Positions 51,117-60,180 of a stretch of DNA of 64,000 nt are shown here, in pieces (position 1 is the first letter of the stretch; each line of letters begins with the position of its first letter). The position numbers and the translations under genes were made by a program. Source of the stretch: an uncultured Alphaproteobacteria bacterium (GTDB lineage Bacteria; Pseudomonadota; Alphaproteobacteria; RF32; CAG-239); assembly GCA_944391475.1 (NCBI GenBank), contig CALXTR010000006.1, positions 6,127-70,126 of the forward strand, read 5' to 3'. The notes beneath the pieces were generated by a model that had not been told where the DNA came from, ran no database searches, and saw only the letters and a list, made by a program, of their open reading frames with translations.

Positions 51117-51156
51117 GTCATCCCTCGATTGCGTTAGCAATCGTCATGGGATCTAC
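51117..51156. repeat. REP-like palindrome, copy 1
   Basis: gtcatccctcg-attgc-gtta-gcaat-cgtcatgggatctac; shares both flanks with 63596-63636. Confidence 0.7.
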
Positions 51157-51203
51157 GAATTTTTCCATTTACTCCAAACTTTCACAATAAATCCTACGAC
51201 CTC

Positions 51204-51471
51204 TCGGGAGTTCAAACCTCTCATGTCGGAAAATCCAAGCACAAAAAAAATCCACCCTTTAAGGTGGACTTTTTGGTGGGCGCTGAGAGTGTACTCTGCG
51301 CGCTGCTTGAGTTGCACTGGCGCTCATGAGCCAAGGCTCACCGGCGTACTTACGTCCGCCTTTCGCTGGTAGTCAAACTCCCTTCTTCGGGAGTTCAAAC
51401 CTCTCATGTCAGAAAATCTAAGCACAAAAAAATCCACCCTTTAAGGTGGACTTTTTGGTGGGCGCTGAGAG
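51204..51471 (-). repeat. tRNA-Val-linked direct repeat: two ~86 bp copies (51204-51289, 51387-51471), period about 182 bp
   Basis: Copies differ by 2 substitutions and 1 indel; each contains the last 16 nt of the tRNA, a terminator hairpin and an inverted T-arm copy. Confidence 0.9.
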
Positions 51472-51531
51472 GTTCGAACTCCCGACCCTCTCGGTGTAAA
51501 CGAGATGCTCTTCCAGCTGAGCTAAGCGCCC
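51456..51531 (-). tRNA. tRNA-Val (anticodon TAC)
   Basis: Reverse complement GGGCGCTTAGCTCAGCTGGAAGAGCATCTCGTTTACACCGAGAGGGTCGGGAGTTCGAACCTCTCAGCGCCCACCA. Confidence 0.98.
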
Positions 51532-51549
51532 ATCGTGTTTACATCGGAC

Positions 51550-51578
51550 TTTATACACTCTCAAAAATAAATAATCAA
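51550..51578 (-). promoter_or_regulatory. sigma70-type promoter of tRNA-Val
   Basis: Minus strand TTGATT-17 nt-TATAAA with an extended TG. Confidence 0.6.
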
Positions 51579-51929
51579 GACTTTTTTTTAATTATTTTTA
51601 GTTTTTTTGATTATTCTTGTTTTATTAATAACATAGCTCACTAAAAATTATTGTCCCACTAAACTTTATCGGCAATTTTTCCGCTTTAATCCGCAAAATT
51701 TATGATAAAGAGATGGACGGGTGTTCGAAACTGCCTCTATTAAAACAGTTCGGTTTATTTGGTCATACCTTATTTGCCGACACCCGCCCAACAAGAAACA
51801 ATCATGATTTAACCTAAAAAAAAATTAAAAGCAATAAAAAAATCTTTCTTCTTTTTCTCTTGCCAAAGCCAAATAAAAATAATAAAAATAAAGGCAAATT
51901 GTTAGCTAATTAATTAAAAGAGAAAAATC

Positions 51930-53492
51930 ATGTCAGAAAAATTTTATATCACTACCCCGATTTACTATCCTTCCGGTTCTCCACACATCGGACATTGTTA
52001 CACCACCGTTGCCTGCGATGCTATGGCTCGCTACAAACGCGCCCGCGGTTTTGATGTTATGTTTCTGACCGGAACCGACGAGCATGGCCAAAAAATTGAA
52101 GACAAAGCCAAAGCCGCCGGGCTCACTCCTCAAGAATATACCGATAATATCGTCGCCGAGTTCAAAAAACTCTGGAGCTATATCAACATTTCATACGACC
52201 GCTTTGTCCGCACCACCGATGACTACCATGTAAAAACCGTACAAGATGTTTTCAAAACTCTGTATGACAAAGGCTACATTTACAAAGGCGAATACAGCGG
52301 CAAATATTGCAAACCCTGCGAGAGTTTCTGGACCGATTCTCAACTCATCGACGGCAAATGCCCCGACTGCGGCCGCGAAGTAGTTGAGGCCAAAGAAGAA
52401 GCTTATTTCTTCAAACTCTCAGCCTTTTCTGACAAGTTGCAAAATTTATTGGAAAACAGCAGCTTTTTGGAACCCCGCACCCGAGTTAACGAAATGGTCA
52501 ACAACTTCATCAAAGCCGGCTTAGAAGATTTGTGCGTATCACGCACCAGTTTCAAATGGGGTGTTCCAGTCACTTTTGATGACAAACACGTGGTTTATGT
52601 ATGGATTGACGCTCTGTCTAACTATATTTCCGCATTAGGATATAAAAACGATACCTATCACGACTTTGAAAAATATTGGCCGGCAAATGTTCATGTCATG
52701 GCCAAAGAGATTGTGCGTTTCCATGCTCTGATTTGGCCGGCAATTCTCATGGCATTAGACCTTCCCTTGCCTAAAAAGATTTACGGTCACGGCTGGATTA
52801 CTTTTGGCGATAAGAAGATGAGTAAATCCTTGGGCAATGTGGTTGATCCGTTTGTTTTGGGCGAACGCTATGGAGTTGATGCTCTGCGTTTTGAAATCAT
52901 GAGAGAAATGCCCTTTAACGGCGATAGCACTTTTGTAGCTGAACAATTTTTACAACGTATAAATACCGATTTGGCCAACAATCTTGGTAATTTGGTTTCT
53001 CGCAGTACCTCCATGGTTAAGAAATATTTCAATGGCACTCTGCCGACCGAACGTGAAAATGAGACCATTGACCAAGATTTAATTAATCTGGCGCAATCGC
53101 TTCCCGAAAGTGTTGAGCAAAAAATGGATACTCTCCACTTTAGCGATGCTCTAGCCGAAATTTTTGAACTGATTTCGCGCGCCAACAAATACATTGACGA
53201 AACCACACCTTGGGCTTTGGCTAAAGACGAGAGCAAAAAGACCCGCTTGGCTACAGTGCTGTACAATTTGCTGGAGAGCATTCGTATCAGTAGTATTATG
53301 CTGGCTCCCTTCATGCCGCAAACCATGCCGGAAGTATGGAAACGTATCGGCGCCAGTGAAGCTGAGACCACTTGGGCTAGCATATACAAATTTGGCGGAT
53401 TGAAGGCCAATGCCACAGTTGGCGAAGGCGCTCCCTTGTTCCCGCGAATTAATATTGAAAAAGAACTCGAGGAATTGTCTTCCGTCGCTTAA
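51930..53492 (+). CDS. metG: methionine--tRNA ligase (MetRS1, single Zn knuckle, no C-terminal dimerisation domain)
   Basis: YITTPIYYPS, HIGH, GTDEHG, CxxC...CxxC, YVW.DAL.NY, KMSKS. Confidence 0.97.
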   Translation: MSEKFYITTPIYYPSGSPHIGHCYTTVACDAMARYKRARGFDVMFLTGTDEHGQKIEDKAKAAGLTPQEYTDNIVAEFKKLWSYINISYDRFVRTTDDYHVKTVQDVFKTLYDKGYIYKGEYSGKYCKPCESFWTDSQLIDGKCPDCGREVVEAKEEAYFFKLSAFSDKLQNLLENSSFLEPRTRVNEMVNNFIKAGLEDLCVSRTSFKWGVPVTFDDKHVVYVWIDALSNYISALGYKNDTYHDFEKYWPANVHVMAKEIVRFHALIWPAILMALDLPLPKKIYGHGWITFGDKKMSKSLGNVVDPFVLGERYGVDALRFEIMREMPFNGDSTFVAEQFLQRINTDLANNLGNLVSRSTSMVKKYFNGTLPTERENETIDQDLINLAQSLPESVEQKMDTLHFSDALAEIFELISRANKYIDETTPWALAKDESKKTRLATVLYNLLESIRISSIMLAPFMPQTMPEVWKRIGASEAETTWASIYKFGGLKANATVGEGAPLFPRINIEKELEELSSVA

Positions 53493-53513
53493 ATTTGGAT
53501 AGATAAGTATAAT

Positions 53514-53545
53514 AAAACTCCGTTAGATCCATCTACCGGAGTTTT
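53514..53545 (+). terminator. metG terminator
   Basis: aaaactccgttagat-cc-atctaccggagtttt. Confidence 0.7.
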
Positions 53546-53739
53546 ATTTTTTCATTCCCAACAATATAAAATTTTTTAGCTCCCCATAGATTTGTATTTT
53601 AATCTGCTCATTTAATTTTTTTCTACCCCCACTAACCCTTTGCATACAAAAAAGGCTCAGATGAAATACATCAGAGCCTTTGGTGTCTCAAAAACATCTA
53701 ATAAACAAAAGGACCGGCCGAGGCCGATCCTTACTTATA

Positions 53740-54012
53740 TTAGTTTACAGAGTCTTGCAGAGCTTTACCGGGTTTGAATTTAGCTTGGTTGCGAGCCGGA
53801 ATATTAATCGGCTTACCGTTGCGCGGATTGCGGCCGGTAGTAGCAGCACGACGGGTAATGGCAAAAGTACCAAAACCAACCAAACGAACTTCGTCGCCAG
53901 ATTTCAAAGCGCTGGAAATAGAATTTACGAAAGCATCAACAGCTTTAGCTGAATCAGTTTTGGTCAAGCCGGTTTCGCTAGCGATGCTAGAAATGAGTTC
54001 ATTTTTATTCAC
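53740..54012 (-). CDS. hupB: DNA-binding protein HU
   Basis: NKNELI, V.LVGFGTF, GRNPR.G..I.IPA, F.PGK.L; GTG start after GAGGGAG. Confidence 0.95.
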   Translation of the reverse strand: MNKNELISSIASETGLTKTDSAKAVDAFVNSISSALKSGDEVRLVGFGTFAITRRAATTGRNPRNGKPINIPARNQAKFKPGKALQDSVN

Positions 54013-54319
54013 TGTGAGGACTCCCTCTAAATATAAGTTATAAACCACTGTGAAGCTCTTTTGAACCTCACAAGAAAATTTAAGCGCCAAAAAAACGCAA
54101 AGTCAAACAAAATCAACGGTTATAACGAAAAATATCCACTTTTTTCTCTCAAAAAACGCTTTCAAAGCAAAAAAAAGTAACTTATCCCCAGATTTTTGCG
54201 CTTTGATTCGCCCCAAAGTTAGAGATTCTGCGATTCTTAAAGCTATCTGACAGATTCGGAATACAAAAAAAACAGGCTGTCAGATTCGCAGCCCGTTTTC
54301 CTAGTTAATTAAGTATAAA

Positions 54320-56683
54320 TTACTTTTTCTTTTTTACCAACTTGCAACGGCAAATTTTTTCTAACGGTTTAACTTTTTCCTTCAAAGCAATGTCTATCAC
54401 TTCTCTGACTTCTGAAACCGGAATAATTTTCATGCCGGTTTTGACATTATCAGGAATTTCTTCCAAGTCTTTTTCATTGTCTTTAGGAATAATCACCGTT
54501 TTGATACCGCCGCGCAAAGCCGAAAGCAGTTTTTCTTTCAGCCCGCCAATCGGCAACACCCTGCCCTGCAAAGTGATTTCGCCGGTCATCGCCACATCTT
54601 TGCGCACCGGAATTTTGGTCAGTACCGACACAATGGTGGTGTACATCGCAATACCGGCCGACGGCCCGTCTTTCGGGGTTGCTCCTTCGGGCACATGAAC
54701 GTGAATATCGGTCTTATCAAAGATATCTGGATCAATCCCCAACTGTTCGGAATGCGAACGCACCACCGAATATGCGGTTTCGATAGATTCTTTCATCACA
54801 TCGCCCAGCTTACCGGTTTGAGTAATTTTGCCTTTACCGGGCATATCCACTGCCTCAATAAACAAAATATCACCACCCACTTCGGTCCAAGCCAAACCGG
54901 TTGTTACCCCGACATGATCCTCAGATTCGGCCTCTCCATAGCGATACTTAATCACGCCAAGATACTTGTCGATGTTTTTAGCCGTAACTTTGACTTTCTT
55001 TTCTTTGTTGAGCAAAATCTCTTTCACGGCCTTGCGGGCAATCGTTGCAATCTCGCGCTCAAGATTTCGCACTCCGGCCTCCCGAGTATAATAGCGAATA
55101 ATACTTTGGATAGCATCATCGCTAATAACCAATTCTTTGGGTTTAACCGCATTTTCTTCAAAAATTTTGGGGATTAAGTGACGTTTGGCAATTTCGATTT
55201 TCTCATCTTCGGTATAACCCGACAAACGGATAATCTCCATACGGTCCAGCAACGGCCGCGGCATATCCAAAGAATTAGCGGTCGTAACAAACATCACATC
55301 AGAAAGGTCATAGTCCACTTCCAAGTAATGATCGTTAAAAGCTGAGTTTTGTTCCGGGTCTAAAACCTCCAAGAGAGCCGAACTCGGATCTCCGCGCCAG
55401 TCGTTCCCAAGCTTATCAATTTCATCAAGCAAGAACAGCGGGTTAGATGTTGCAGCTTTTTTCATACCTTTAATAATTTTACCCGGCATTGAACCAATAT
55501 AAGTGCGACGATGTCCTCTGATTTCGGCCTCATCACGCATACCCCCGAGCGATGCTCTTACAAAGCTGCGTCCGGTAGCGCGCGCTATTGATTTTCCAAG
55601 CGAAGTTTTACCCACACCCGGAGGCCCTACCAAGCACAAAATTGGACCTTTTACTTTGTCAGCACGCGACTGAACGGCCAAATATTCAATAATTCTTTCT
55701 TTAACTTTTTCCAAACCATAATGGTCTTTTTCCAAGATAGCTTGAGCTTTAGCCAAATCTTTATTGACTTTGGAACGCTTTTTCCACGGGATACCCAAAA
55801 GCCAGTCGAGATAATTGCGCACCACGGTCGCTTCACTAGACATCGCACTCATGGTCTTGAGCTTCTTCACTTCCGAGAGTGCTTTCTCACGAGCTTCTTT
55901 GGAGAGTTTAGTCCGCTCAATTTTTTTGGTATATTCCGAAATCTCGTTTTCTTCATCACCATCACCAAGCTCTTTTTGAATAGCTTTCATCTGTTCATTG
56001 AGGTAATATTCCTTTTGGCTTTTCTCCATTTGTTTTTTGACCCGAGATTTAATTTTGTTTTCCACCTCAAGAAGTGTAACCTCGGCATCCATAAAGCCCA
56101 AGATTTTTTCAAACCTGTCTTTAAGCGTTTTGCCTTCCAAAAGCTCTTGTTTATCAGCAATTTTCAAGGTCAGATGAGAAGCAATTGTGTCTGCAAGCTT
56201 GCTGTAATCTTCAATCTGATTAACGGCCACCAATACTTCGGGAGGAATTTTTTTCGACAGTTTGACATATTCCTCAAATTTGGACAACACTGCCCGCACC
56301 AATGCTTCCAATTCGACATCGGCCGCATTGTTAACCTCCGGCAACAAAGTTGCCTCAGCTTCCAAGAACTCCTCATTATTAAGAAACTTATTAATTTTGA
56401 CGCGTTCCAACCCCTCGATTAGCACCTTGACCGTCCCGTCGGGCAAGCGCAAGAGTTGGAGCACCGTGCCGATAGTTCCCACCTGATACACGTCATCATC
56501 GGTCGGTTCCTCAATTCCGGGATCTTTTTGAGTAAGCAAAATGACATTTTTATCGTTGTCCACAGCTGATTGCAACGCCCGAATAGACTTTTCGCGCCCC
56601 ACAAACAGCGGCACCACCATTTTCGGATACACCACAATATCACGCAGCGGCAACACCGGATAAGTTTCTTTTTTCTCAGCCAT
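54320..56683 (-). CDS. lon: ATP-dependent Lon protease
   Basis: PVLPLRD, GPPGVGKTS, RGHRRTYIG, PKDGPSAG, IGGLKEK. Confidence 0.98.
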   Translation of the reverse strand: MAEKKETYPVLPLRDIVVYPKMVVPLFVGREKSIRALQSAVDNDKNVILLTQKDPGIEEPTDDDVYQVGTIGTVLQLLRLPDGTVKVLIEGLERVKINKFLNNEEFLEAEATLLPEVNNAADVELEALVRAVLSKFEEYVKLSKKIPPEVLVAVNQIEDYSKLADTIASHLTLKIADKQELLEGKTLKDRFEKILGFMDAEVTLLEVENKIKSRVKKQMEKSQKEYYLNEQMKAIQKELGDGDEENEISEYTKKIERTKLSKEAREKALSEVKKLKTMSAMSSEATVVRNYLDWLLGIPWKKRSKVNKDLAKAQAILEKDHYGLEKVKERIIEYLAVQSRADKVKGPILCLVGPPGVGKTSLGKSIARATGRSFVRASLGGMRDEAEIRGHRRTYIGSMPGKIIKGMKKAATSNPLFLLDEIDKLGNDWRGDPSSALLEVLDPEQNSAFNDHYLEVDYDLSDVMFVTTANSLDMPRPLLDRMEIIRLSGYTEDEKIEIAKRHLIPKIFEENAVKPKELVISDDAIQSIIRYYTREAGVRNLEREIATIARKAVKEILLNKEKKVKVTAKNIDKYLGVIKYRYGEAESEDHVGVTTGLAWTEVGGDILFIEAVDMPGKGKITQTGKLGDVMKESIETAYSVVRSHSEQLGIDPDIFDKTDIHVHVPEGATPKDGPSAGIAMYTTIVSVLTKIPVRKDVAMTGEITLQGRVLPIGGLKEKLLSALRGGIKTVIIPKDNEKDLEEIPDNVKTGMKIIPVSEVREVIDIALKEKVKPLEKICRCKLVKKKK

Positions 56684-56924
56684 AATTCATATCCTCATCA
56701 TTTTGACATTACACTATGATATATAAGTAAGTCCCATTCAATCTGCAACTGCAGACCTAAACTTTTTGACACAAATCTCCTTTGCTGGCAACGATTAAAC
56801 TTTTTAATCCACAATCGATAAGAATAGAGTTTTTTAATATTTGATAACTTGATAAAATCCGTTTGCTTATCGGGAAATATTGTATATTATAGCACAAAAA
56901 AGTATATCTGGAGAAAATGAGCAG

Positions 56925-57185
56925 ATGATTAGCAACAAAAAAATATCCAGCTCCGGCAACGAAATTGCTGTTAACCTTTCGGTCACCTTGGGCACTGCCG
57001 ACTTACGGGTTCAACAACTCTTAAAACTCGGACGCGGAGCAGTCGTAGAGCTTGATCGTGGCATTGATGATTATGTTGATATCTATGCCAACGATGTTCT
57101 TATCGGCCGCGGAGAAGTCGTCATTACAGAAAACGATACCATCGGTATCGCCGTATCAGAAATCATCACCAAAAAATCGGAATAA
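56925..57185 (+). CDS. FliN/SpoA C-terminal domain protein
   Basis: V.LSV.LG.......LLKLGRGAVVELDR....VDIYAN..LIGRGEVV. Confidence 0.85.
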   Translation: MISNKKISSSGNEIAVNLSVTLGTADLRVQQLLKLGRGAVVELDRGIDDYVDIYANDVLIGRGEVVITENDTIGIAVSEIITKKSE

Positions 57186-57186
57186 T

Positions 57187-57936
57187 ATGGCAAAATCAAA
57201 ATTTCTCAAACACACCTTCAAAAAAATCACCAAATCTCAGGCTTTTATGTCTTTTTTGAGTTTGGTAATATATGGCTATGCCCGCTTAGTGTGGAAAACC
57301 AGCAAATGGAAAATTAACAACCTTGATAAAATGCTCACCAGTTGGAAAAAAAGCGGTAGCATTATCTTAATTGGTTGGCACAATCGTGTCCCCATGATGC
57401 CAATGCTTATGGAACATGCTCAAGGTAAAATGAGTGCTCTGGTTTCCTTGCATAATGATGGTAGAATGATAGCAGGCTTCTTAGAGAAATTTAAGATTGG
57501 AATTATCAGTGGTTCCAGTAACAGCAATGCCAAAGGCGCTGCCGTTAATATTATGCATACTTTGCAAAACAATACTTCGGTTACCATCATTCCCGATGGC
57601 CCAAGAGGTCCGCGGATGAAAATGAGCATGAGCCCGATATATTTTGCTTCCAAAACCGGCAAACCGATTTTCATTATGACTTATAGTCAAAAGAACGCCA
57701 AAATCATTCACAAAGCCTGGGACAAGATGATAGTTCCGGTTCCGTTTTCAGAAGGTGTTTATTATATCTCCGAGCCGTTTTATGTTCCCTCTGATGCCGA
57801 TGATAAAACCTTGGAAGAATACCGCCAAAAATTAGAAGACTTGGCTAATACCCTAACTTGGCAAGCTGATAAAGAAATGGGATTACCTCATATTGAACCC
57901 CAAACCGAGGCCAAAACCAAACGTCATAAAAAGTAA
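57187..57936 (+). CDS. DUF374 lysophospholipid acyltransferase family protein
   Basis: WH, LVS.H.DG, GSS, PDGPRGP, WD....P.PF. Confidence 0.88.
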   Translation: MAKSKFLKHTFKKITKSQAFMSFLSLVIYGYARLVWKTSKWKINNLDKMLTSWKKSGSIILIGWHNRVPMMPMLMEHAQGKMSALVSLHNDGRMIAGFLEKFKIGIISGSSNSNAKGAAVNIMHTLQNNTSVTIIPDGPRGPRMKMSMSPIYFASKTGKPIFIMTYSQKNAKIIHKAWDKMIVPVPFSEGVYYISEPFYVPSDADDKTLEEYRQKLEDLANTLTWQADKEMGLPHIEPQTEAKTKRHKK

Positions 57937-57955
57937 ATTTAGGAGCATATTTTTT

Positions 57956-59215
57956 ATGTTTATCGGAATATACAATTCGCTGATTCGGGTCTTATACCCC
58001 TTAGTTATCAAAAGATACATCAACAAGCGCAAAGAAAACGGCAAAGAAGATATCTCGCGTTTTCACGAGCGCATGGGGCGCCCGCAAAAACCACGGAAAG
58101 AAGGAAAACTAATCTGGATGCACGGCGCCTCGGTTGGAGAGTCGCTTTCCATGCTTCCGCTGATTAACCGCTTGTTAGAGCAATATCCCGACTTAGAGAT
58201 TATGGTCACCACCGGCACGGTCACCTCGGCAGATTTAATGAGCAAGCGCCTGCCCGAACGTGCATTTCATCAGTATATTCCGATTGACCACCCTTCTTTC
58301 GTCCGCCGTTTTTTGAAACATTGGCACCCCGATTTGGTTTTGTGGTTTGAATCAGAATTCTGGCCAGCCTTGCTTAGTGGGATTAAAAAGCGCAATATTC
58401 CGCTCATTTTGGTTAATGGCCGCATTTCAAATAAGAGTTTCAAACGCTGGCAACAGTTTGATTATATCAGCAAAGAGCTTTTGGGTTGCTTTAGCCTGTG
58501 CTTGGGACAATCTGAAGAAGATGCCTACCGCCTGCGCGTGTTAGGAGCAAAAGATTCTTTGTGCTTGGGCAATATCAAATATGCCGGCATCAATCCACCG
58601 GTTGACGAGAACAAGCTTGCCGAAATCAAACAACAAATCGGCAACCGCACCACTTGGGCAGTGAGCTCCACTCATAATGACGAAGAACTGCGGATTGCCA
58701 AGATTTTACCGGCCTTAAAAAAGAAATTTCCCGATTTGCTGACTTTCATTGCTCCCCGCCACCCTCAAAGAGGAGCCGAAATTCAAACAAGCCTCAATAA
58801 TTTAGGCCTTAAAACTGCTCTGCGCTCTGCCGGAGAAAAAACCACCAAAGACACCGATGTTTATATTGCCGATACCATTGGCGAGCTCGGACTTTGGTAC
58901 ACACTTTGCCCGATAGTATTTATCGGCGGTTCGCTCATTCCTCACGGCGGTCAAAACTTTATGGAACCGTCACGTTTCCGCGATGCCGTAATTGTTGGTC
59001 CGCATATGCATAACTTTACCGATGCGATGAACCGCGCCAAAAAAGCCGATGCAGTTATTCAGGTAGAAAACACCGCCCAACTGCAAGAAAATGTGGAGCA
59101 ACTTTTAAGCCACAAAGACTTGCTTGAGGCCAAACGCAGCCTGGCATATAACTGGGCCACCGGTGAGGCCAAAGTCTTGGATGGTATTGTGGATAAAGTT
59201 AAAGGATTTATTTAA
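57956..59215 (+). CDS. waaA: 3-deoxy-D-manno-octulosonic acid (Kdo) transferase
   Basis: IWMHGASVGE, ESEFWP, NGRIS, APRHP.R, DT.GEL, GGS....GGQN..EP. Confidence 0.96.
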   Translation: MFIGIYNSLIRVLYPLVIKRYINKRKENGKEDISRFHERMGRPQKPRKEGKLIWMHGASVGESLSMLPLINRLLEQYPDLEIMVTTGTVTSADLMSKRLPERAFHQYIPIDHPSFVRRFLKHWHPDLVLWFESEFWPALLSGIKKRNIPLILVNGRISNKSFKRWQQFDYISKELLGCFSLCLGQSEEDAYRLRVLGAKDSLCLGNIKYAGINPPVDENKLAEIKQQIGNRTTWAVSSTHNDEELRIAKILPALKKKFPDLLTFIAPRHPQRGAEIQTSLNNLGLKTALRSAGEKTTKDTDVYIADTIGELGLWYTLCPIVFIGGSLIPHGGQNFMEPSRFRDAVIVGPHMHNFTDAMNRAKKADAVIQVENTAQLQENVEQLLSHKDLLEAKRSLAYNWATGEAKVLDGIVDKVKGFI

Positions 59216-60166
59216 ATGAAGACGCCAACCTTTTGGAAACACAAAAATTTCACCTCAAATCTGCTTTGGCCGTTGGGTCGAGTTTATAACTGCGCCACCA
59301 ATTTGAGAATAAAATTAAAATCCACCCAAAAGGTTGATATTCCGGTTATTTGTATTGGCAATATCACTGCCGGCGGCACCGGCAAAACTCCGGTTGCTGT
59401 TTCCATTGCCGCCTTACTGCAAAAGCAAGGTAAAAAGCCGTTTTTTGTTTCGCGCGGTTATGGTGGTAGTCTCAAAAATATTGTGGTTAATGCTCAAAAG
59501 CACACTCCGCAACAATGCGGCGATGAACCCTTGATATTGGCTCGCCAAGCTCCCGTCGTGGTCAATCCCGACCGCTATGCCGGTGCTCTGACTGCTGCTC
59601 AAAACGGTGCTGAGCTTATCATCATGGACGATGGCTTCCAAAACCCCGGCTTGCATAAAGACTTGTCTTTTTTGGTTTTTGACGGCAATTTCGGATTAGG
59701 CAATGGGCGTTGCATTCCTTCTGGCCCCTTGCGTGAAGATTTTCAAACAGGGCTCAAACGAGCTGATGCCGCCATTATCATTGGCACCGACCGTTGCAAC
59801 TTGCGCTCGCGTTTTGAGATTCCTTGTTTTAGCGCCCAAATTGCTCCGGCTCCGCTCAAAATCAAAAATCCGCATATCACCGCCTTTGCCGGCATTGGCC
59901 GCCCGTCAAAATTTTATCGTTCCTTGAAGGACTGCGGATTTAATTTGCTCAAGACCCACGACTTCCCCGATCACCATTATTACAGCGAAGAAGAGCTGTT
60001 TGCCCTGATTAGTGAAGCCGAAAAGCTCGGAGCTGACATTTACACCACCTCCAAAGATTATGTAAAAATCCCCTCCGAGCTCAAAAATCGGTTCAAAGTT
60101 TTAGAAATTACTATCCAGTGGGAAGACGAAACCGCGCTTTTAGATTTTATCTTAAAGCATATTTAA
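59216..60166 (+). CDS. lpxK: tetraacyldisaccharide 4'-kinase
   Basis: GNITAGGTGKTP, SRGYGG, GDEP, DDGFQ, P.GPLRE, FPDHH. Confidence 0.96.
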   Translation: MKTPTFWKHKNFTSNLLWPLGRVYNCATNLRIKLKSTQKVDIPVICIGNITAGGTGKTPVAVSIAALLQKQGKKPFFVSRGYGGSLKNIVVNAQKHTPQQCGDEPLILARQAPVVVNPDRYAGALTAAQNGAELIIMDDGFQNPGLHKDLSFLVFDGNFGLGNGRCIPSGPLREDFQTGLKRADAAIIIGTDRCNLRSRFEIPCFSAQIAPAPLKIKNPHITAFAGIGRPSKFYRSLKDCGFNLLKTHDFPDHHYYSEEELFALISEAEKLGADIYTTSKDYVKIPSELKNRFKVLEITIQWEDETALLDFILKHI

Positions 60167-60180
60167 TCCCACCGATAAGC

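Noticed and set aside
51204-51471. Val-linked repeat as a mini-CRISPR or a classical prophage attL/attR pair
   Set aside because: Only two 86-bp copies derived from the tRNA and its terminator; under 100 bp separates them and there is no integrase or cargo.
51540-51929. T-box or SAM riboswitch upstream of metG
   Set aside because: No T-box core (GGTGGNACCGCG-like), no leader terminator and no recognisable SAM-I/II/III consensus.
54342-56643. Several alternative ORFs within lon (for example 55721-56422)
   Set aside because: Antisense or off-frame shadows of a highly conserved gene.
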